This document shows positions 9,048-16,744 of a DNA stretch of 38,901 nucleotides, piece after piece. The notes beneath the pieces were generated by a model. It had not been told where the DNA came from and made no database searches. It saw nothing but the letters and a program-made list of their open reading frames with translations. The translations under genes and the position numbers were made by a program. Within the stretch, counting starts at the first letter, position 1, and every line of letters begins with the position of its first letter. Source of the stretch: Candidatus Parcubacteria bacterium (GTDB lineage Bacteria > Patescibacteriota > Minisyncoccia > UBA6257 > HR35); assembly GCA_026004535.1 (NCBI GenBank), contig BPJI01000001.1:390523-429423 (forward strand). Reading direction: 5' to 3'.

Positions 9048-9360
9048 TTTTTTCTCCAACAAATACCTGTTCCAAAGGAACAATAAGCACTGGACCATTT
9101 TGCGAATCAACTGCTAAAAGCATTCCTTCACTTTTTATACCCTTTATTTCTTTTGGTTCTAAATTAACAACAACAATAATTAACTGTCCGACTAATTCTT
9201 CGGGCGAATATTTTTCGCCAATTCCAGCAACAATTGTTCTTTTTTCTTGGCCTAAATCAATTTCTAATTTAATTAATTTATTAGAATTTTCAATTCTTTC
9301 GGCCTGTAAAATCTTTGCTACTCTCAAATCAATTTTTTGAAAATCTTCCAAAGTTATCAT
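9040..9360 (-). CDS. tRNA-binding OB-fold protein (Trbp111/CsaA/MetRS C-terminal-like)
   Basis: EDFQKIDLRVAKI, RTIVAGI, NLEPKEIKGIKSEGMLLA. Confidence 0.92.
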   Translation of the reverse strand: MITLEDFQKIDLRVAKILQAERIENSNKLIKLEIDLGQEKRTIVAGIGEKYSPEELVGQLIIVVVNLEPKEIKGIKSEGMLLAVDSQNGPVLIVPLEQVFVGEKIK

Positions 9361-9382
9361 TTAAAGTATTTAATTATAGAAC

Positions 9383-9727
9383 TACCCGGATATGAACCGG
9401 ATAATACTACCCAGATATAGACCGGATAGAACTACTCGGATTATAACCGGATAAGTTACCCGGATTATAACCGGATAATATCACCCGGATTTTTACCGGA
9501 TAGGTTACCCGGATTTAAACCGGATATAATTACCCGGATGTAAATCGGATAATAGCTACCTGGATTTAGACCAGATGATTCATAAAATATTTTTATCCGG
9601 TATTCATCCTGGTAATATTTTTATCCGGTATTTATCCGGGTAAAATAATCCGGTATTAATCTGGGTAATCTATCCGGCTGACTATCCGGGCAAAATAATA
9701 CGATAATTATCTGGTAATTATCCGGTT
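9383..9727. repeat. CCGGAT-family fold-back element (copy 2), inverted near-duplicate of copy 1
   Basis: 9408-9592 is the reverse complement of about 8091-8275 with only a handful of mismatches. Confidence 0.95.
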
Positions 9728-9745
9728 AAATCAATTATAAATTTT

Positions 9746-9774
9746 TAACCCGTTAACTCGTTAATTCGCTAACT
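9746..9774. repeat. CGAATT-family arm upstream of efp
   Basis: taacccgttaactcgttaattcgctaact, 8-nt period; reverse complement matches 10376-10404 at 25 of 29 positions. Confidence 0.7.
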
Positions 9775-9809
9775 AAAGAATTGGTTAATTTTTAGTATAT
9801 AATAATTAT

Positions 9810-10365
9810 ATGTTAAAACATTCAGATTTAAAGCCAGGGATAAAATTTATTTTAGATGGCGAGCCCTATGAAGTAATTGATTCGACTTTCATTTTTAAGG
9901 GTCGAGGCAGTTCAACTATTCAAGCAAAAATTAGAAACCTAATTAATAACAAAGTTTTAACTAAAACATTTCATCAAAATGATGAATTTGAAGAAGCAGA
10001 AATTGATAAAGAAAAAATAATTTTTTTGTATTCAAAAAATAATAAGTTTTATTTTTTACATGGAAATCAGAAAATTGAAATCGATAAATCTATTCTTGGT
10101 AATAAAAATTTATTTCTTAAAGAAAAGGATGAAGTTATTGGCATATTCTTTAATGAAAAACTTATCGGGATTGAACTTCCATTAAAAATGCAATTTAAGG
10201 TGATTTCTGCTCCTCCAGGAATAAAAGGGGGTAGAGAAACCCCCGGAACAAAACCAGTTATAATTGAAACCGGAGCAACTATTCAGGTGCCCTTTATTTA
10301 TTGAAGAAGGAGATGTAATTGAAGTTAATACTGAAATAGGAGAATATGTAAGAAGAATTTATTAA
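9810..10365 (+). CDS. efp: Elongation factor P, interrupted by a +1 frameshift near 10290
   Basis: KGRG loop (Arg32), PGIKG, KPVIIETGATIQVP; ORF stops at 10304 but the +1 frame continues LFIEEGDVIEVNTEIGEYVRRIY to TAA 10363-10365 (184 aa total). Confidence 0.9.
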
Positions 10366-10375
10366 TGGGTTCGCG

Positions 10376-10411
10376 AGTTGGCGAATTAACGAATTCACGA
10401 GTTAAAGAGTT
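10376..10411. repeat. CGAATT-family arm downstream of efp
   Basis: agttggcgaattaacgaattcacgagttaaagagtt, 8-nt period. Confidence 0.7.
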
Positions 10412-10438
10412 CAAATTTATATGATATAATAAATAAAT

Positions 10439-10523
10439 CCAGGGGTGGCAGAGTGGACAATTGCACCTGGCTGTAGACCAGGCGGCCTTTGTGCCTGCGG
10501 GGGTTCGAATCCCTCCCCCTGGA
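10439..10523 (+). tRNA. tRNA-Tyr(GTA) with C1:G72 and a variable arm
   Basis: ccagggg/cccctgg acceptor, cctgg-ct-GTA-ga-ccagg anticodon arm, TTCGAAT T loop; TG-n-TATAAT at 10422-10430. Confidence 0.93.
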
Positions 10524-10668
10524 CATTGTTAATGGACAGGGGGAGGATGAGAACCCCCTACAACCTAACGGGCAATTTAGTGATTAACAGGAACGAAAGC
10601 GTTGGAGCTTTATTTTTTAACACAGAACATCGAGTTTACCGTTTTCGAATCCCCCTGGACATTGTTAA
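10524..10668. mobile_element. tRNA-anchored mini-element ending in a duplicate of the tRNA-Tyr 3' end
   Basis: Inverted tRNA 3' copy at about 10537-10553; direct copy ttcgaat-ccccctggacattgttaa at 10644-10668; 10624-10653 matches 32830-32859 at 28 of 30 positions. Confidence 0.6.
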
Positions 10669-10679
10669 AAAATAAAAAT

Positions 10680-11531
10680 ATGAAAAAAATAGATATAAAA
10701 ATTACTAATAAGATTCTATTTCAACCTCTGACCAAAACCATAATTGTTGATTTAATAGATAAATACCATATTAAAGATATGAATGATTGGTACAATGTAA
10801 ATGCAGATTTAATTATCACCGATCCACCATTCGGTATAGGTTTTAGTGGCAAAAAGGGGAATTATCATCGAGATGAATCATATGTTGTGGATGGTTATGT
10901 AGAATGGGATGTTAATGAATATGATAAGCATATAAGAAACTTATTAGATGTAATTTATAGGAATTTAAAAGATAATGGACAATGTTTAATATTTTCTGGT
11001 TGGAATAATAGTTATATAATTCATCAAGAAATTAAAAAATTTAAAAAGCTGGAGCTTAAGGGTAAACTTTATTGGATATACAATTTTGCTCCAGCATCTT
11101 TTCGCCGGCCCTCCCATAATATATACGAGATTTTCTGGTTAACAAAAGGAGATAAATGGACATTTCATAAACGCTGTTCTACCCATCATTGTCTTGAGGG
11201 TGAGCCAAATCTAACCTCTCTTATATTCAAAAGAGATTATAAAGTCAAAATGCCTAAATACCCCACAAGATTACCATTTAAACTTTTACAATGTCTGATC
11301 GAACATTTTTCAAATGAAAAAGATTTAATATTTGATCCTTTAGCTGGTAGCGGAATGGTTGGAATTGTGGCCTATTATTTAAATAGAGATTTTATTTTAG
11401 GAGATTTAAATCCAAATGGAAAAATCGTCTTTGAATCTTTATTAGATTATTATTTTAATAAAAATGGTTTAGAAAAAGATAAACAAATTTTACTATGGTG
11501 GAAAAAGAAACTTATGAAAAAGCAAGATTGA
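10680..11531 (+). CDS. Site-specific amino (N6-A/N4-C) DNA methyltransferase, beta class
   Basis: LIITDPPF (motif IV) precedes IFDPLAGSG (motif I); ATG 10680 preferred over 10602. Confidence 0.92.
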   Translation: MKKIDIKITNKILFQPLTKTIIVDLIDKYHIKDMNDWYNVNADLIITDPPFGIGFSGKKGNYHRDESYVVDGYVEWDVNEYDKHIRNLLDVIYRNLKDNGQCLIFSGWNNSYIIHQEIKKFKKLELKGKLYWIYNFAPASFRRPSHNIYEIFWLTKGDKWTFHKRCSTHHCLEGEPNLTSLIFKRDYKVKMPKYPTRLPFKLLQCLIEHFSNEKDLIFDPLAGSGMVGIVAYYLNRDFILGDLNPNGKIVFESLLDYYFNKNGLEKDKQILLWWKKKLMKKQD

Positions 11532-12139
11532 TATTTTTGGATTTTAAAAAAGAAGCAGAATCTGCCCGAAACAAAGAAAAAATAAAAGAATTTAAATTAG
11601 CTGCTAATGAACTAATTAAAGAATATAATACCGCTAATCGCGAAAACAGATTTATAGTAGGTGGGGCAATAGAAATTTTGTTTTCTGTGCTCCTTAAATC
11701 ATTAAATTTTAGAGTCAAATGGTTAAGTGGAGAAATGAGATATGATTTAATGATTGATAATATTGGTTTTTCTTTAAAAACGAATTTCACAGGTAATGGA
11801 GATATAAGACTTATTAATATTTTAGGTAATAAAGAGGCAAAATGGGAGGAGCCAACAATTTTCTTAATAAGCGGTATAGGAATGTGTTATTCTGATCCTG
11901 AGATAGGAAATTTTCAAACTAAACATACAAACGATGCCTTGACAATTAATGTTAAACAAATTATAAATTTTGTTAAAAATCATCCTCAATTTTTGATAAA
12001 GATTATCTTGAAGAAAAAACAAAGAGATATACAAAATAGTACTAAAACTGCAAGCATGGATGTTGCTAAGGTTATTTTAGAAAAAATTCAAAGTAGACAT
12101 TTGATAAAATATATTAAAGACATTATAAAAAATAGGTAA
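11495..12139 (+). CDS. Probable type II restriction endonuclease
   Basis: Overlaps the MTase stop; E...YDLMID..FSLKT resembles a PD-(D/E)xK variant; 214 aa. Confidence 0.6.
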   Translation: MVEKETYEKARLIFLDFKKEAESARNKEKIKEFKLAANELIKEYNTANRENRFIVGGAIEILFSVLLKSLNFRVKWLSGEMRYDLMIDNIGFSLKTNFTGNGDIRLINILGNKEAKWEEPTIFLISGIGMCYSDPEIGNFQTKHTNDALTINVKQIINFVKNHPQFLIKIILKKKQRDIQNSTKTASMDVAKVILEKIQSRHLIKYIKDIIKNR

Positions 12140-12140
12140 G

Positions 12141-13540
12141 ATGAAAACTGGGGTGGCGACAATTCCTTTAGATTATGGTAAATGTCCTCCTTGGCTCTTT
12201 AAAAGAATCAAAACCCTTGGTGGAATAATGGCTGAATTAATGATTGAAGAATTTGGTGTTGATGAATTTTTAAAAAGACTTTCTCATCCAGCTTGGTTTC
12301 AATCATTTGGTTCTTTACTTGCCTTTGATTGGAATTCTTCAGGACTTTCGGTTGTTTTAACTGCTGCTTTAAAAGCCTCTTTTAAAGAAAGAAATTTAGG
12401 AGTTTACGTTGCTGGCGGCAAAGGAAAAACTTCAAGGAAAACACCTGACGAACTTTTAATTATTGGTGAAAAAATTGGTCTTAATGGTGCAAAATATGCT
12501 CAAATTTCAAAATTGGTTGCTAAAATTGATAATTCATTGATTCAAGATGGATTTAGTCTCTATCATCATACTTTTTTTGTTACTGAAAAAGGGAATTGGG
12601 CTGTGATTCAACAAGGAATGAATACAGGATCGAGTAAAGCAAGAAGATATCATTGGCTAAGCCACGGATTACCACGGATTAATAAAAGCCACGGATTAAC
12701 ACGGATGGATATGAACCACGGATTCACACAGATTAATAAAAGCCACGGATTAACACGGATGGATATGAACCACGGATTCACACAGATTAATAAAAGCCAC
12801 GGATTAACACGGATAAATAAAACCACGGATTAACACAGACAGATATTTGTCAATCTATGGATAATTATCCACATACAGTGTCTCAATATAATCCGCGTGA
12901 ATCAGTGGACCAATATAATTCGTGCAAATCCGTGGACGAATATAATCCGTGCAAATCCGTGGACGAATATAATCCGTGTAAATCAGTGGACCAATATAAT
13001 CGGCGCAAATCCGTGGATTTAACTGAAGAGCCTCATTCAGGTATTGCTTCTGATATTTTTTTGAAAAAAGTTTTGAATTTAACTGCTAAAGAAAGTAAAG
13101 GAAATAAAGAAGGGATGATTAAAGTCTTAAATGAAGAACCAAAAATTGAAAAAGAGATTGTTAAAATTTTTGGGCAACCAGAAAAAACATTATTCTTGCC
13201 TAATATTGAATTTCATTACCACCCAGTTGTTGAAGAAAAATTCGACTTAAAAAGATTAAATAAAATAATTGCCAAGGCAAAATTTTTACAACCAAAAACA
13301 ATGGAAGAAATTTTATTAATTGAAGGAGTTGGACCAAAAACAATCAGAGCCTTATCTTTAGCTTCAGAATTAATTTATGGAGCCAAACCTTCTTTTGAAG
13401 ATCCAGCTCGTTATACGTTTGCTCACGGTGGCAAAGACGGAACTCCTTACCCAGTTGATCGTCAAACCTATGATGAAACAATAAAAATTTTTAATAGAGC
13501 TTTATTGATTTCCAGACAAAAGAAACTATTCATAAATTAA
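12141..13540 (+). CDS. DUF763 family protein carrying a ~355-nt repeat insertion; frameshifted near 12822
   Basis: WFQSFG, DWNSSG, QQGMN, ARRYHW in ORF1; EEPHSGI, GVGPKTIRAL, FAHGGKDGTPYPVD in ORF2; one added base joins the two ORFs. Confidence 0.85.
12661..13016. repeat. CACGGAT-family fold-back element with 27-nt units inside the DUF763 gene
   Basis: Left arm ccacggattaacacggat units with a 54-nt exact duplication; right arm has five 27-nt units of aatataatccgtgcaaatccgtggac type. Confidence 0.95.
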
Positions 13541-13556
13541 GACGTCGTACGTCTTA

Positions 13557-13782
13557 AATACAGAAGGGACAGAAACTGACACTTAATGAACGGAACAGAT
13601 AGAAATAAATACGTAACAAACAGAAACGGACACGGAAAAAACGGAATGAATGGAAGCGGACATGGAAGGAATAGAACGAACGGAAATAATTCTTCCGTTC
13701 GTTCCGATGATTCTGTGTCCGTTTCCGATTATTCCGCTTTAATTTCTAATAGGTCTGCGTTAATTACGTATTTTTCTGTGTT
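13557..13782. repeat. ACGGAA-family fold-back element, intergenic
   Basis: gaacgaacggaa(13674-85) pairs with ttccgttcgttc(13693-704); gaaacggacacggaa with ttctgtgtccgtttc; aaatacgtaa with ttacgtattt. Confidence 0.85.
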
Positions 13783-13785
13783 TTA

Positions 13786-14520
13786 ATGAAATTGAAAAGA
13801 GATTTTTTTACTCAACCAACTCTCAAAGTGGCTAAAAAACTTTTAGGCAAATATATTGTTAGAAAATATAGAGGTAAATTATTAATCGGTAAAATTGTTG
13901 AGACCGAAGCTTATATTGGACCAAAAGATAAAGCTTCTCATGCTTACTCAAACAAAGAACAGCCTGAAAAAGAGAAATTAAAAATTATTGATCAAAATTG
14001 GCAAAGAATTAAAAATTATGTTGAAAATAGAGAAAGATTTATCAAAAGAATTTTAAAACTTAAAAATGCTAAAGTAACCAAAAGAAATTTAGCTGAATAT
14101 TTAAAAGGAGGACATATTTATATTTACTTAGTTTATGGTAATTATTATCAATTAAATATAACTACTTATAAAGAAGGCTATCCTGAATGTGTTTTAATTA
14201 GAAGTTTGGAGCCAGTGGCCACAGATTTACACGGATTAAATATGGCCACAGATTTACACAGATATAAACGACGATTATTAAAGGTTAATATAATACCCAA
14301 TGGTCCAGGTAAATTATGTCAATATCTAAAATTAGATTCTTCTTTTTGGGGTGAAGATGTCTATCAAAGTGAAAGAATTTGGTTAGAAGATAATTCATCA
14401 TTAATTTCTTCAAGTGATATAATTAAAACAAAAAGAATTGGCATTGATTATGCTGGTGATGATGCTAATTTACCTTGGAGATTTTACCTTAAAAATAATA
14501 AATGGATATCAAAAAAGTAG
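13786..14520 (+). CDS. mpg: 3-methyladenine DNA glycosylase (MPG/AAG family)
   Basis: GKIVETEAY, DKASHAY, YIYLVYG, VLIRSLEP, NGPGKLC, RIGI, PWRF. Confidence 0.93.
   Translation: MKLKRDFFTQPTLKVAKKLLGKYIVRKYRGKLLIGKIVETEAYIGPKDKASHAYSNKEQPEKEKLKIIDQNWQRIKNYVENRERFIKRILKLKNAKVTKRNLAEYLKGGHIYIYLVYGNYYQLNITTYKEGYPECVLIRSLEPVATDLHGLNMATDLHRYKRRLLKVNIIPNGPGKLCQYLKLDSSFWGEDVYQSERIWLEDNSSLISSSDIIKTKRIGIDYAGDDANLPWRFYLKNNKWISKK
14216..14264 (+). repeat. CACGGAT-family half element, in frame inside mpg
   Basis: tggccacagatttacac twice at 27-nt period; read as ATDLHGLNMATDLHR. Confidence 0.8.
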
Positions 14521-14531
14521 ATAAGTTCTAA

Positions 14532-15899
14532 ATGATTATAAAAAATTTTAATCAATTGGCAATTAATAAAGAAAGAAAAATTGCTTTGGCAATGATTGAG
14601 AATGGTTTAAAAGCTTTGAATTATAGAAAAGTTATTCAAGAAAAATTCTTCAATAAATATTTAGATAAAGTTAAAAAATATAAAAATGTCTATTTAATTG
14701 GTTTTGGAAAAGGCTCAGCTCAGGTCGCTAACATTCTAAAAAGGAAAATTAAATTTAGAGAAATTTATGTTATTGATGTCATTGGTAAATATTATCGAGG
14801 AACCCATCCTCTGCCTTCATTAAAGAATTATCAATTTACAAAAAAAATTATTGAAAGATTTTCAGGACAATTAACAAAAAATGATTTAGTAATTGTTGTC
14901 GTTTGTGGCGGTGGTTCAGCAATGTTAGTTCAGCCAAAAATTTCATTGAAACAATATATTCAAATTAATCAACAACTTTTAAAATCGGGAGCGAATATTT
15001 ATGAAATGAATACAATTAGAAAGCATTTGGATTTGGTTAAAGGTGGGGGTTTGGCAAAGATTTTATATCCAGCAAAACTTATAAGTTTAATTTTTTCTGA
15101 CGTGCCAGGTAATGATTTAAGTTTTATTGCTTCGGGGCCAACGGTTAAGGATAAAACAACAATTAAAGATGCTTTAGGAATAATAAAAAAATATAAATTA
15201 AAAATAAAAAAAGAAGACTTAATTGAGACGCCGAAAGAAAATAAATATTTTCAAAATATTAAAAACTTATTAGTTTTGAGTAATTTAACGGCTTTAAGAA
15301 CAATGAAAGAAAAAGCAGAAAGATTAGGCCTGAAAGCAAAAATTTTAACTGATAATTTAAGAGGCGATGTTAAAGATGTAGCGAAATTTTTATTAACGGA
15401 AATAAAAAATTTTAAAGGAAATATTTTATTAGCTGGAGGCGAAACAACTGTTAAGGTAAAAGGACAGGGAAAGGGAGGAAGGAATCAAGAATTAGTAATA
15501 TGGTTTTTAAAGTACTTAGCGGAAGAAACGGACTTAACGCGGAATGTGCGGAATTATCGGAACATCAATAACAATTTAGGCCAAAATATATCTATCTATT
15601 CCGTTTCTTCCGTTCGTTCCGTGTCCGTTTCCGGTATTTCCGTACCATCTTCTATTTTAATTATTTCAATTAATTCTGATGGTTGGGATAACACTCCTTT
15701 TGCTGGAGCAATTGGTGATAAAATTACTTTAGAAAAATTAAAAAGATTAAATTTAGATGTTGATTATTTTTTAAACAATAATAATAGTTATGCTTTTTTT
15801 AGAAAGGTTAAAGATGGGATAATAACAGGCAGATTATCAATTAATGTTTCTGATTTAATTCTGGTCTATAATTTAAACAATGATCGAGGAACTTCATGA
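14532..15899 (+). CDS. Glycerate 2-kinase (DUF4147/MOFRL family)
   Basis: GFGKG, HPLP, GGGSA, KGGGLA, SDVPG, ASGPT, GGETTV, GGRNQE. Confidence 0.9.
   Translation: MIIKNFNQLAINKERKIALAMIENGLKALNYRKVIQEKFFNKYLDKVKKYKNVYLIGFGKGSAQVANILKRKIKFREIYVIDVIGKYYRGTHPLPSLKNYQFTKKIIERFSGQLTKNDLVIVVVCGGGSAMLVQPKISLKQYIQINQQLLKSGANIYEMNTIRKHLDLVKGGGLAKILYPAKLISLIFSDVPGNDLSFIASGPTVKDKTTIKDALGIIKKYKLKIKKEDLIETPKENKYFQNIKNLLVLSNLTALRTMKEKAERLGLKAKILTDNLRGDVKDVAKFLLTEIKNFKGNILLAGGETTVKVKGQGKGGRNQELVIWFLKYLAEETDLTRNVRNYRNINNNLGQNISIYSVSSVRSVSVSGISVPSSILIISINSDGWDNTPFAGAIGDKITLEKLKRLNLDVDYFLNNNNSYAFFRKVKDGIITGRLSINVSDLILVYNLNNDRGTS
15519..15643. repeat. ACGGAA-family fold-back element, in frame inside glycerate kinase
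   Basis: gcggaa/acggac/gcggaa units then ttccgtttcttccgttcgttccgtgtccgtttccgg; adds about 40 aa after GGRNQE. Confidence 0.85.
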
Positions 15900-16743
15900 T
15901 GAAAAGGTGAAATTTTTAGAAGAGAAAGCAAATGAAATAAGACAATTGATAATTGAAATGCTTTTAGAGGCTGGTTCTGGTCATTCTGCTGGACCATTAG
16001 GAATGGCTGATATTTTTTCAGCTTTTTATTTTCATATTTTACGTCATGATCCTCAAAATCCTGATTGGCCTGATAGAGATAGATTAATTTTATCTAATGG
16101 TCATATTTGTCCTGTTCGCTATGCAGCAATGGCACTTGCTGGTTATTTTCCGATTGAAGAATTAAAAACTTTAAGAAAAATAGATTCTCGTCTTCAAGGT
16201 CATCCTCATCGAACAACACTTCCAGGAGTAGAAACCAGTTCAGGTCCATTAGGCGAAGGAATTTCTCAAGCAATTGGTATTGCTTATGCTGGAATTTTAG
16301 ATAAAAAAGATTATCATGTTTATTGTCTTACTTCTGATGGTGAGCATCAAGAGGGAAATACCTGGGAAGCCTATATGTGGCTTGGCAAAAATCCTTTACC
16401 TAATTTAACAATAATAATTGATCGAAACTACATTCAAATTGATGGAGTAACTGAAGATGTTATGCCCCTTGAACCATTAAAACAAAAACTAGAATCTTTT
16501 GGACTCCATGTTTTAGAAGTTGATGGTCATAATATTCGTTCTTTTGTTGATGCAATTAGAGAAACTAAATCAGAATGGAGAAGAACTTCAGTTATTATTG
16601 CTTATACAATTCCAGGAAAAGGAGTAAGTTTTATGGAAAAGAAATTTGAATGGCACGGTAAGCCACCAAACAAAGAAGAAGCCAAAAAAGCTTTAGATGA
16701 ATTAAGAACATTAGGAGGAAAAATAATTAGTGAGCATCAGTAA
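15880..16743 (+). CDS. Transketolase, N-terminal (TPP-binding) subunit
   Basis: GSGHSAG, DRDRLILSNGH, LQGHP, SDGEHQEG...IDRN, WHGK. Confidence 0.93.
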   Translation: MIEELHDEKVKFLEEKANEIRQLIIEMLLEAGSGHSAGPLGMADIFSAFYFHILRHDPQNPDWPDRDRLILSNGHICPVRYAAMALAGYFPIEELKTLRKIDSRLQGHPHRTTLPGVETSSGPLGEGISQAIGIAYAGILDKKDYHVYCLTSDGEHQEGNTWEAYMWLGKNPLPNLTIIIDRNYIQIDGVTEDVMPLEPLKQKLESFGLHVLEVDGHNIRSFVDAIRETKSEWRRTSVIIAYTIPGKGVSFMEKKFEWHGKPPNKEEAKKALDELRTLGGKIISEHQ

Positions 16744-16744
16744 A

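Noticed and set aside
10302-10304. TGA recoding (genetic code 25, or selenocysteine) to rescue efp
   Set aside because: The missing C terminus is in the +1 frame, so readthrough would not restore it; other genes end normally at TGA.
10445-10675. 76-aa ORF, and the similar minus-strand ORF 32558-32740
   Set aside because: They overlap tRNA genes and their associated elements; shadow ORFs.
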